A stretch of 56,760 nt of DNA from Phoronis australis (taxonomy: Eukaryota > Animalia > Phoronida). Under the pieces are notes generated by a model. That model saw only the letters and a program-made list of their open reading frames with translations. It made no database searches and had not been told where the DNA came from. A program made the translations under genes and the position numbers. Below are positions 14,301 through 25,400 of the stretch, one piece after another (the first letter of the stretch is position 1; each line of letters begins with the position of its first letter). The DNA is taken from contig NMRA01000293.1 in assembly GCA_002633005.1 (NCBI GenBank), positions 489,860-546,619 on the forward strand, given 5' to 3'.

Positions 14301-15320
14301 ATAGCGTTGCAAATCACTAGTAGTAAAATACATTTCAATTTTGCATCACTATTAACCCAGTGAATTCATGAGGTAATGCTTTCAAGTGACACTTCACCAC
14401 TCAATCTATTTGCGCACATCAGGTTGTTATTAAAGTAAATCACCGAGCTTAATTTGATATCTTACAGGTGATTGACACTTCCCCTTTGAATGCTGCTGCT
14501 CACCTCAAGTTACTGGGTGAATCACTGAGCTTGATTGGATCTCGACTGACTGAACACAGGGTAAATCATTTACACAAAGTCCGTTAGGCTCACAGTTTTT
14601 CAAGATACGTAATAAAAACATTGACACAAGCATCACGTAAACCCATTCACCTTAAATTCTGTTTTCATAACAGGCAAGTTATAAATGTCATACGACTAAT
14701 TTTGCTCTTGGGGCAAAAGGACCAGATGGCATTTTCTAATTGCTCTCATACATGTAATAGTGATCAAATTTATCCTATTTATGTTTTCCCTATTGTTTAT
14801 TTGACGTATGCATTCATGCCTCATCATACAAAGTTATGATGGGACGTATTAATGTGTTTCATGATCACTTTGTAAAATGTTATGATCTGTGCCAGTTTAA
14901 TGTGTTCATTCAAGATAATAGAACACAAATTGAATTACACCATGTGCAGAAACTTAGTTGGTAGATGTTCTGGTTACAATACTGTATCGTTCCTTTGGTC
15001 TTGAAAAAATGAACACATTATTAACCAATATGTGAAGCTTCCATGGAGAAACCACCAGTTTAAGAAGTGATGATTATCCCCATTATCTTCTTAAATATGT
15101 TAGATGGTATTTTTAAGTGTATGACACTTTATCATACTTTGTATTGTAGGGCCATATAGCTGTGCAGGGTAGTCTATCAGTCCTGTTGGATTCTATGCTA
15201 TGTGCACTGGGGCCTCTAATGACACTGTGTGAACAGGTGCCTGAACTAACCACAGAAAATGCATCAGAGGTGAATGGTAGGACATTGGACCATCTGGCGT
15301 ATATCATGCCTGGATTGTGA
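2281..15320 (+). CDS. HMGXB4: HMG box domain-containing protein 4 (HMGXB4-like), 12 coding exons, about 565 aa
   Basis: Exons 2281-2302, 3793-3914, 4589-4682, 6569-6744, 7602-7923, 8201-8331, 9702-9792, 11016-11152, 11657-11803, 13586-13777, 14468-14560 and 15150-15320 are all GT-AG, phase-consistent and total 1698 nt. The protein has a Lys-rich low-complexity N-half and an HMG box ([51 protein letters not shown]). Its C-terminus ([16 protein letters not shown]...[19 protein letters not shown]...[11 protein letters not shown]) matches the recalled HMGXB4 C-terminus. The exon 10 donor is the least certain boundary. Confidence 0.93.
2800..3498 (-). mobile_element. Degenerate Kolobok-type element carrying a minisatellite
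   Basis: 3400-3497 is the reverse complement of about 28547-28650 and ends GGTCCTACATAAC. 2845-2990 is the reverse complement of about 27905-28040. The left boundary is approximate. Confidence 0.6.
3126..3403. repeat. 28-bp minisatellite, about 10 copies
   Basis: Unit GGAGAGCGGTGCACAAACCATGGTATAC with A/G and C/T variants. Confidence 0.97.
3793..3914 (+). CDS. HMGXB4: HMGXB4 coding exon 2
   Basis: ctag|...AAG|gtatgt; encodes [23 protein letters not shown]... Confidence 0.88.
4589..4682 (+). CDS. HMGXB4: HMGXB4 coding exon 3
   Basis: ttccatag|...G|gtgaga; encodes [20 protein letters not shown]... Confidence 0.8.
5009..5857. repeat. 424-bp direct duplication around a single N (probably two haplotypes or a contig overlap)
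   Basis: 5009-5432 versus 5434-5857, with three visible substitutions and an N at 5433. Confidence 0.9.
6569..6744 (+). CDS. HMGXB4: HMGXB4 coding exon 4
   Basis: tttcacag|...AAA|gtaagt; encodes [16 protein letters not shown]... Confidence 0.85.
7058..7267. repeat. 39-bp minisatellite, 5 copies
   Basis: Unit TTATTCTGCTAACAGTGAAATGACTGGTAATAATTGTTG, with a 15-bp spacer after copy 2. Confidence 0.95.
7602..7923 (+). CDS. HMGXB4: HMGXB4 coding exon 5
   Basis: gctag|...G|gtacgt; encodes [12 protein letters not shown] and a Lys-rich tract. Confidence 0.85.
8201..8331 (+). CDS. HMGXB4: HMGXB4 coding exon 6
   Basis: tttcaag|...GAG|gtatag; Lys/Glu-rich. Confidence 0.82.
9031..9186. repeat. Degenerate ~50-bp tandem repeat, 3 copies
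   Basis: GTTCAGGTTC.AAAG...ATACAATCTGTTTA...CTGTCC recurs with divergence. Confidence 0.65.
9702..9792 (+). CDS. HMGXB4: HMGXB4 coding exon 7
   Basis: ttgcag|...G|gtgaat; encodes [14 protein letters not shown]... Confidence 0.8.
11016..11152 (+). CDS. HMGXB4: HMGXB4 coding exon 8
   Basis: ttcag|...AAG|gtttgc; encodes LEPDFGQDE...[15 protein letters not shown]. Confidence 0.85.
11657..11803 (+). CDS. HMGXB4: HMGXB4 coding exon 9 (HMG box)
   Basis: ctgcag|...GTG|gtgagt; encodes HMG-box helices 1-3. Confidence 0.93.
13586..13777 (+). CDS. HMGXB4: HMGXB4 coding exon 10
   Basis: tttcag|TCATGG (SWRKKAKK, end of the HMG box); donor CAG|gtattt. Another in-phase donor exists after 13762. Confidence 0.75.
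14468..14560 (+). CDS. HMGXB4: HMGXB4 coding exon 11
   Basis: ttacag|...AGG|gtaaat; encodes [31 protein letters not shown]. Confidence 0.92.
15150..15320 (+). CDS. HMGXB4: HMGXB4 last coding exon
   Basis: ttgtag|GGC...; ends AYIMPGL followed by TGA at 15318-15320. Confidence 0.93.
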   Translation, partial: GHIAVQGSLSVLLDSMLCALGPLMTLCEQVPELTTENASEVNGRTLDHLAYIMPGL

Positions 15321-15698
15321 ACAATCGCAAAGGCGGATTACTCATTGTGTGCCGTCATTGGTTCAACGTAACAAAAAGGCATAACCACAGAACAGACATA
15401 AGAAGTGAATTGGCAAATACCGGATTATCTGACTCGCATCACAACAAACTTGTGAAGTGCTTGAGAAGAACAATTGGTAGTGAATTTTAATTTCAACATG
15501 TCTCTGTCCTAACCAATAAGGAGCATTTGTACCCAGGAATGGCATTTATAGCTATCCTTCAGAAGATCGATAGATACATGTCCCAATACAAAATGTTTAG
15601 TCCCTGATAGGGCTTTCAATTATGGACTTGCTCCAGGAGGGAGTCTGTTTTGATGTCAGAAAGTGGTTATTACAAAATCAGCAGGAGTAGTCAGTAAC

Positions 15699-16462
15699 TT
15701 TTTTATGCGCCCACATATTTATATGTGGACACATTATACCATCATCCCCGTCCCTCCAGCTGTCCGTCCGGTGTGCGCTGCTCTATCTCCAAAACCGTTC
15801 AATGTATGTTCATGAAATTTTGCAAACATGTTCCCTTCATACATTGGACGGATCCCTAGTGACAATTTTAGTTTTTTACACTTAAACTGTATCTTCAAAG
15901 GTCCTCAACATATTTTCATAAAATTTGGCAATACAGGCCTCTATGAGCACCTTCACGGATTTTTATGAAACTTGGTAAATAGCTTTCTGTTGAGAAAATG
16001 ACATGTTCCATTTTTGGATGGATTTGATGTATTTGTGCCATCTAGTGGCCATTTTTACTGTTTTGTAGTCTGTTTTTTTGCATCCGCCACTCTATCAACC
16101 AAATCACTCTCATTGTGGAAATTGGCAAGCCATGTATGTTGTTGGCGTGAAGAGGACAGTTTATGATTTTCCAATGACTGACTACTGTGGTTCCTCGCAG
16201 TTCCATTTATGTTTGTTGCACCCATAGCCTCCTAGTGGCATTTTTCCGTTTTCCTCTATTTCTCTGAAGTTCTTTGACATATTTTTATACTTGGTAAATA
16301 GTTTTCTATCAAAGAAACGATGACAAGTTCCAGTTTTCGGATGGATTCGACTTATTTTGCATCATCTAGTGGCCAATTCTGTGATATGAATAAACACCCT
16401 TGGAGGCGCACCATTTGCGGTGCCTTCGTGGGCGCATTTCAAAGCTCCGCGTTGCTCTTGTT
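15699..16462 (+). mobile_element. Helentron-associated non-autonomous element (HINE/DINE-like)
   Basis: Starts in a T-run. SubTIR ATGCGCCCAC (15705) / GTGGGCGCAT (16428). Has a 5' palindrome CCACATATTTATATGTGG, a GTCC micro-repeat, internal diverged repeats (CTTGGTAAATAG...CATCTAGTGGCCA x2) and ends GCTCTTGTT. Confidence 0.68.
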
Positions 16463-16615
16463 GTTTACTGTAACACATTAAAGTGACGTTCAAAGTTACA
16501 CATGGCAGTTATATTTTTTGTACAGAATATTTAAATTAAAAAATTCAAGCCGACTTGTAGCTTGGATTAAAATGACGTCTTTGTTAACAAACTCAATTTG
16601 TATTAATAATTATTA

Positions 16616-16621
16616 AATAAA
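16616..16621 (+). terminator. Candidate poly(A) signal of HMGXB4
   Basis: AATAAA about 1.3 kb downstream of the stop codon. Confidence 0.35.
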
Positions 16622-17644
16622 CATGTTCAAACAGAAACAATATACACAATGTCAATCCAGGCTCCTGTCCGAATTGTACATTAACATCTCCATTTCAGAG
16701 TATGATAATTAATATACTTAGTCTGAAATTCAACAGAGAACAACCATTCCAAGACACAGCATTCCCATACACACATTGGTCAATTTTGATTAATACTGGA
16801 CCCTGCATACAATTTTGTACCCTGTATTTTGGTTCACTCCACAGCCAAAGAATCTAACAGATGTGACTTGATAGGCAATGACCACCTCACTAAAGAGAAA
16901 ATTGTAATAATGACACTCTCTTGCCATTAACTAGATGAAATCTCAATTCTGTGTTTCATCTTATATGCCTTTGGAACAGTTTGGATGAGGTGTACAGCAC
17001 AATCAATACAATACTAGGGTATATTCCTAAGGGACAATTGAAACCTTTTTTCAAAACATTTCTATGACCACATTATGAAGCACATTAACATTGAGCACCT
17101 GGATCTTTCAGCACTTGTTAGTAAATTCAAGTGTATACATAGACAACTGCCTGTTGTTCCCTCCACTACACAGTCAATTGTTAAAGCCCCATGCAGTACC
17201 ATGTCTGAAGACAATTGTTCAGGTTCACTGTTTGGGGTGGAACCCTTTGTTTTTTTTTAATATGGTGAGTTAGCATTCCTAATTCACCTGATAAAACTAT
17301 GGTGAAGTTCTTTGATTGCTTCAGTGAGAAGATTCATCCCCACTCGGCATGATTTATTCCAGTTTGAAGATTGCAGTTTTGGTTTGGCCTAATTGGCACT
17401 GGATGAGACTTTAAAGTACCATGAATCTGCTGGTGTGTGACAAATGTAAAGAATGACCAACAACTTAACAATGCACACAACATATAACCAAAGTATATTG
17501 AACAGCGGTAAGTTAAGTAACTATGCAATTCTACATCATACACAAATCAATGTCAACCGAGATTCAGTTATGGCAAGTCCTAATAGAAATTTGGTATTTT
17601 TACTGAAATTATGAATATCCAGTCATTCAAGATGCATTTAATGA

Positions 17645-18471
17645 GGGCTGTTCCAGCAAAATCTGTATGGGAGGGGGGGAAGGCACTTTTATTTTGTACC
17701 CACCGCCCATGATTTTCATTTATTTCTCCAACCCATGACCCATAATTTTTTAATTATTTTTAATAGGTTAAAATATAAAATCCAACACTTGCAAACAAAT
17801 TGCCTCCAGGAGGACCTGTTAAGAACTTAGATGATTGACAGACAAGAACTAGTTGTCTTGACCAATATTGTCAAAAACTAAAGTAGCCTGTGAGCAATAC
17901 TTTTGGCAGCCACCAGGTGTCTCTGTTAACCATGTGTCTATAATTTCAATGAACATTTTTTCAATTATAAGGATCTATGAATCTCAAACTGTCTCCACAA
18001 ACTCTTTTATACTTCTATGTCAAGTGAATATTGGAACTTGTTTATCTTACTCCTCATACTTTTTATTTAAAAATCATCAATTTTCTTATATGTGTTAACA
18101 CCAGTTTAGTGTTGCATAACTTTTCAATTCAATAGGACTGCAGACAAACAGTTGGCTCAAATCAAGTTGCCCATGACTTGATTAATGGCTTAGTGAACAT
18201 ATTGCACTCTGTTCACTGGCAATATGGGCTTTTTTTGTATTGGGATAAGTTAGGATATATGCCAATTGCATTTTTTTTTTTAGTTTAGATGGCTGAAGTA
18301 ACCAACCTGTCAACATTAACAGGTCAAAAAATACCACCCATTTTTAATGCATCACTTGTTACAGGAACGACCACCCATAACTTGATTTTTTTTCTGAAGA
18401 CCACCACCCATGAATTTTTATTTCTACTGCCGTCCCCCCCCCCTCCCACATGGATTTTACTGGAACAGCCC
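17645..18471. mobile_element. PIF/Harbinger-type MITE, TGA TSD
   Basis: About 35-bp TIR: GGGCTGTTCCAGCAAAATCTGTATGGGAGGGG / CCCCTCCCACATGGATTTTACTGGAACAGCCC. TGA lies on both flanks. Confidence 0.85.
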
Positions 18472-19286
18472 TGACTTAAGCTATCTAAACTTTGAAAAAA
18501 ACTCGATGACTAAGCTGATATCAGATGCTGCCAGATCTATTCATGAACGAAGATGCAAGAAACAGAATACACACCAACTAACTGTTAGTTCAGGAATGTT
18601 GCATGCATGACTACCAAGGACACGGGATCAGCAGTCATTTAAACACATATACAAAACAAATGCACCGTACTCTTATACAGATAACATCAAAAACACGAGT
18701 TGGCTTCCCAATTGAAAGGCACCACAGCACACACATACAAAGACATTTAACTGTAACTAGGCACAGCCGTAGAGATGAAGTGAACATGGGACCCCTGATG
18801 GACCTTGTACATATAATAATATTGAATGAAGTACTCTATATGGAAGACCTAAAGGTTTAATATGGCATCATAGCTACCCAAATATCACACACACCATGTT
18901 TCCCGTTTATGATTTAATTATTTCAAACAAACCTATTTAACGCAATATAAATGTTAACATTAACAAGGACGGCATTAAACCAAAATTGTATCCACCAATT
19001 ATTTAATGAACAATATGCATTCTGCGAACCCAGTGTGAAATTTGATTTGTGGAAAATTGCTCCAAAAAGCATGTCACATCATGATACCTTACAAACAACA
19101 CAAAATATTTTTGTTTTGCATCATAACCAACAGATATCTGTGTGAATTCTGGTTCTGGAACACACTCAAAAAGTGAAATACCCTCTGTTACACACCCACA
19201 ACCAGTTTTTAATGTGAACCTTGGTAAATGCAAAACGGGGATTATTATAGAACAAAACTGTAGACAGTCAATAGACTAGGGGTGAA

Positions 19287-19482
19287 TCATTCATCACTAC
19301 TTATGGAATTGTTCTCACCAACATTGGGTGAGCCTGTCTTTTTGAACAAAGCTGTCTTGATGTTCTGCATGTGTTCGTTGATTCTACTGCGATTGACTGG
19401 TGACGGCCCATTGGATGGAGGGTGTTTCCCTGATGATTCATGACTAGAGTTGAGAGACTGTTGACTCGTGGAATGTGTGGAA
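19287..19482 (-). CDS. SSX2IP: SSX2IP last coding exon
   Basis: ttgcag|T TCC...; phase 2 fits the previous exon; Ser-rich tail ends with TGA at 19289-19287. Confidence 0.75.
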
Positions 19483-22400
19483 CTGCAATTGTTAGAGATG
19501 GGTAACACATAGAAGACATTACTATTTCTTTAACATTACGATGTTAGTCAACATGCAGTTTGTTTGAATAAATTTGCTTGGACCATTAACAAAGGACAAG
19601 GATTGAATTCTGAGTGACAATGGCAAGGCAAACTACAAAAACAATGAAGTCACTAATTAGCTGTCCTTGAACAAACTTTATGACGTTTATGTCCATACCA
19701 GCCCCACAAAAACTCAGAGAATACAATCATCACTTATACACACTAAATTGGACGATTTACTACAAGTTTGTATTCTCCAGAGTCAGACTTCTCACAGACG
19801 TAGCACGTGCTTTGAAACTAGGTCAGCAAAGCCTATCCAGCCAATTACAAAAAAAATGAAATTGCTTTAAGTGAACAAAGTTGAACAATGAAACCAATTT
19901 ATGCCCAGGTGGCTCTTTCATGAAATTTTTTGGTCTCGGCTGATCTCAAAACCCTGGTAACAACATTAGGCTGAAACGTTCCATCTTCATACGACTGATT
20001 GAAGACAAGACAAATCTCACGAAAAAGTCCCAAGGCTAAATATTGATGGTTAGGTGAACCTGTCACCATCTCTACAGTGGCGGATCTACGGGGGGGTTCA
20101 GGGGGTTTAAACCCTCCCCTCGGGCCAGGACCCAAAAATTAAGAAAAACAAAAGCGTCTCCAGCAAAACAAAAAACGGCACCGCCAGCTTGTGTAAACCC
20201 CAAGTAAACCAACTTGGAAAAAATTGAGGGGGGGGTTCACTCTGAAAATATAGTTTTTTGCATTGTGAATTGCTGAGTCTGTGGCTCATCGGCAAAACGC
20301 GCGGGGAATTATTGTGCGTGCGCTTCCGTCGACACTTCTGAAGTAGCCAAGCATTTTAGATGGATTCACCGCTGAAAGAGCAGTTCTATAGCTGATTTCT
20401 TTAGGTAACTAGCTTCTTTACTCTAAGATATATTTTGATTTGATTAGGGGAAATACTGCGGTGCCGCAACCCTGATATTCAGGCGAATTGACGTGCAANN
20501 NNNNNNNNNNNNNNNNNNNNNNNNNNNNNNNNNNNNNNNNNNNNNNNNNNNNNNNNNNNNNNNNNNNNNNNNNNNNNNNNNNNNNNNNNNNNNNNNNNNN
20601 NNNNNNNNNNNNNNNNNNNNNNNNNNNNNNNNNNNNNNNNNNNNNNNNNNNNNNNNNNNNNNNNNNNNNNNNNNNNNNNNNNNNNNNNNNNNNNNNNNNN
20701 NNNNNNNNNNNNNNNNNNNNNNNNNNNNNNNNNNNNNNNNNNNNNNNNNNNNNNNNNNNNNNNNNNNNNNNNNNNNNNNNNNNNNNNNNNNNNNNNNNNN
20801 NNNNNNNNNNNNNNNNNNNNNNNNNNNNNNNNNNNNNNNNNNNNNNNNNNNNNNNNNNNNNNNNNNNNNNNNNNNNNNNNNNNNNNNNNNNNNNNNNNNN
20901 NNNNNNNNNNNNNNNNNNNNNNNNNNNNNNNNNNNNNNNNNNNNNNNNNNNNNNNNNNNNNNNNNNNNNNNNNNNNNNNNNNNNNNNNNNNNNNNNNNNN
21001 NNNNNNNNNNNNNNNNNNNNNNNNNNNNNNNNNNNNNNNNNNNNNNNNNNNNNNNNNNNNNNNNNNNNNNNNNNNNNNNNNNNNNNNNNNNNNNNNNNNN
21101 NNNNNNNNNNNNNNNNNNNNNNNNNNNNNNNNNNNNNNGATATACAAATTCCTCGGCAGTCTAGACAACAGAAGGATAGGACTAACGTATGAGTAACCAC
21201 TGGAGATTAAAATTTTAGAGAGAAGTTTTCAATTCAAAATTTTTTGCATAGTACACTTTAGGTCTCGCGACGGACCAGGCCAGCTTGATTTGTGAAGATG
21301 TTGAGTTTCAGTGTACTTCTGGTCCCTCGGCGAACTAGTCTTGTGATTTTTTTACCAAAGTGTGCTTTGTAAAACTATTTATCTCAGCCAGTACTGTTTG
21401 GTCCCGCGACAGATCGACTATTTTTATAGGGATAATAAGCACAGGTCAGTGTACTCTTGGTCTCGTGACGGACCAGGTCAGCTTTTTGTGTACTCTCAGT
21501 GTACATCTGGTCCCTCTGCAAACTAGTCCAGTGTATCTTTTCACCACTGTGCACAGGATGTTTTGGTTTTGTGAAACTGTTTTCAGATGATTTGTTTCCT
21601 GGTAGATTTGACAACGTGATTCAGCTTAATAAAGTGATACCTAATTATTTATTGTCGCTTTTTATAATAGACTATATGAGTTGAGAGCACCATCGTTCGC
21701 CAGTTTTTCTCGTAACGAGACAGAACACATGTTTATTTCTGGACTAACAGTACAGGTCTTCGTTCTTAAACAACTTGAGGCTGCTGTTACGCGATCATCC
21801 GATATTCAAGTTTTTACGCCCTGTCGGTGCTCCTTAATTATGCTCTTGAATATTTGGAAATTGTCTAAATCCCTGTATACACACCAAACTTTTTCGTATT
21901 CGACTTTTCGTATGCTAAAAAAGGTGTGTGTAAGCAGATGTCCCAACACAAATTTTTGCTGGTGGCGTGACTCATACCCAGATGTGCACAATATGGTTTC
22001 ACGAAACTTATGTGCCAAGTTCATGTGACGAAATCGAGAACGGTTTTTAATTATCTTAAGAAAAACTCCAGAGACATGTTAAGCGACAGAAACTTACCAG
22101 GATGCATGGGAATTTCACTATTTGGCTACAAAAACAAAAAATATCTTACACGGGAGGGGAAACCCCCTCCCGACCTCCCCGCGCTACGCGCCTAGGATTC
22201 GACCTTGGTGGGAATCCTAAACCCCCCCTTACTGAAAACGTAGATCCGCCACTGCTCTATACTCACTCCTGTTCATCCTTGTAGTGTAGACCCAAAGTTC
22301 TGTACAGTTCACCCGTTGCTGGAGTGCACACCTTTGTGTCACTGTTAGACGGGGCAGCGGAAAATGAGGGGATCACTGTAGTCAGTCGGCCGGACTCTGC

Positions 22401-25400
22401 AGTTAAAAAGATACCACCGATTCATTGTTTCAGAATAGGTACTGTGAGTAATTACTAAATCGACCTGGGTGACAACATGTACATGCCAAATTCAATTCGG
22501 GTACTTTCACCTCTGGCGCTGCTACCATATTTCAAATCTATTGTGGGCTATTAGTAGGCTCATAAACATCCAGTGACACCCCAGAAAACTTGTGAGCATG
22601 AAGGCACATTCATGATTTGCACTTTAGGTGGTGAGATTTGACTTCAGGGTGACCGGATGGCCTTGAGAATCCTTTGTGCAAAAGACATGCTAACCTGGGA
22701 TGAATGTGATGCATTTTGAGGCTCCCTTTAAATCTTTTATTTTCTATGATAGTTACTATGCCGTACTCACACCAAAAAGCATGTTGCAGTGCAACTATGA
22801 TTTTGATTTTGATTGTTGTGTACACAAGCGACAAGTATTGCCGTAGTTATCTATGATGTCAACAGATATTTACCAGCTGGCAACCATCCCAAAAGGCATT
22901 TGAAAAATGTCAGCAGCACTATAAATGAAACCTCCCAAATTATATAGCTCTTTTTAAGGGAATGAGATAACTCCAAATCATCAGCACTGTTTTGTGGATT
23001 TGAGAGTTAGATACATTAAACTAGTATGGTGGTTTGCAGTGTCTGACAGTTGTAACGATTTAAACAAATCATACACAAATAAAAACAAGTAGATCTTGTC
23101 ATACGCCCAATAAAACAATTGCACATCTGAGCTGTAGGACTGTGCTGAACCTCACAGATTCCATGTGACATAACTTCAGCAAAAAAACATTACCTCGCCG
23201 CAAAAATGGTGTCATTTGCATAAACTGTTTGCTAAGTATGGAAGCCTTCTCCTCTTCAAATGCCTTTCTCTGAAAAATAACGACTCATGTATCAGTTGTC
23301 AAGACTAATGAGCATAGATTAGGAGACTGGAGTTTGGCTGAAGATTGGGGCTATGTACCATAGTCCTAAAGTATATTTACAGAAAGTTTACCCCTCCACC
23401 AGTCAGCACCACCAAAATATTTCATTGCTGCCCCCTTTTGGGAATTCTGGTAGTACCATACCTACAGTAATTCTTCACTTTTTAGCACATAATATGGTGG
23501 ATAAGAGAAATTTTATTCTGTCAAACTCCAAACTAAAATAGTGCTCGACGTGGCTCTACTGTATACATGTCAAAACAATACCATCTGTTCACTAAAGTTC
23601 CCATTATTTGTAGCAAGGTTGTCAAATTTTGAAAAAATAGAACAACGGAAAGCTTTGCGATTTTTTGTGCCAAACAAGTGAAGAAGTAATGTGCAATGAT
23701 CAAAAGGAATTGCATAATAAAATTCTTATGACAAAATAAATGAAACAAATTCAATTGACTTCACATTAAAACACACGACGTAAAGCATGAATTTCACAAA
23801 AATGTTACCTATTGCCTCTTTTACCAGTTTTTCAAGTTACTGCCAAGTTAAGTCACTGTAAAAAGTCAATTAGCTTAAAGATAATTGAGATATTGTAGCT
23901 TGAATTTTCCAACTTTAGAAAACCACCCACCGGAAAGAAAGTCACAGTATGCATATGGGGTGAAGCATATTATTTTCAATCTTAGTTTCAAAAAATGCTA
24001 ACGTGAAAAAAGTCATTCTCAAAACCAGCAATTTCTAGTTTTAAAAGTTCATAGTTTACCAGCAGTCAACACCCCACTTTCTATCAACAGCAAGATTTTT
24101 AAAGCTCAAATGTCAAGGCATCATTCAATCTGATTGGCCAAAAGGGGAGATGCATTCAATGTGGGTAAACTCAAGCTACTAAAAATCTTAAAATGCCACA
24201 GCAGGGTAAATGTGAGAAAAGTTATGGTTTCAAGTATGGTACTAAAATGCTACAAGTGCACAGGAAAATGAAATTGAATGTCATTTCATTAGAATTACGT
24301 CCTTAGACAGAATAACCATTAAAGGTATATTTGACCAGGTATAGTTATAAAGTTAATTGCCACATCAGCAGACACTGCTATTGTTAAACTTCTTCTTGGT
24401 TTTTATAACTGCACGGAAAATATTATGAGATACAGTATAGGTTCAGTTGAGCAAAAGACCCCATTTCAGAAAGCTAGGTCTCTACATGTAAGCATTAGGA
24501 GCGACAGGTGTTAACAGTTTAGCAATTACCACTTCTAGGTTGCAGTCCGAAACACAGTCGTCCTAATTAAAGAATATACAGCAACAGGGTAACAGTAATT
24601 AATAATAAGCTTGCCATGATTACTTGTAAACTGCAAATTGTTAATTAGTTTTGTGAATGCTGCCAGCAGTTCCTGTAACAAACTGTAACAAATAGCACAC
24701 TTGTCTTGATAATTATCACAAGCAACAAAAAAAACAATATAAAAATATGGATGGTCAAGTTCTATTGAAAGCTGAATGTGATCTTTAGGCATCTTATTAC
24801 AAGAAAATCAGTGGCAGTAACCACCTAGAATTATATGGAGACAATTGGTGACCAGTCAAAGAGCTAACCTTAGCTTTAACCTAGTATTCTTGAGCTCAGG
24901 TACCAAACAGTGATAGTCTTAGTACAAAGCTTATAAACATACAGCTTAGGACTGATCAGGGTGAAACAGGTCTGGAGTGAAATGAACTTAAATAAATTTG
25001 TATCTTCTTAATACACTTTCCTTTTATAAATCTGTTTGATTATTGGAGCTAAAATTGCCATTACTCCACTATTCTACTCCTAAATTATCTTGCTGAGCGC
25101 ATCATGACAGCTAATTTCATGTTGCTGATTCTTCAATACATTGCTGTCTGTTCAAAAGTTTAAGTTCAATTCAAAATAACCAAAATACCTGAACTGCTTC
25201 CATGTGACAGTAATTTTTAGTTGCAATTAATTACCAGTAAACTGTCAATCTAAGCAACTTTTACTTCAGTGAAGTTACCAGTTTACCCGACACATTTCAC
25301 TATAACAAGACAAAAACATCTAGCAAAAGGGAACATGCATGTGTCAGGCAAGAAACTCTTCAAAGTTGACCATGATTTTTTTACACAACCGGGAGATTGT

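Noticed and set aside
20418-21200. Four long ORFs of 223-260 aa
   Set aside because: Artefacts of the N-gap.
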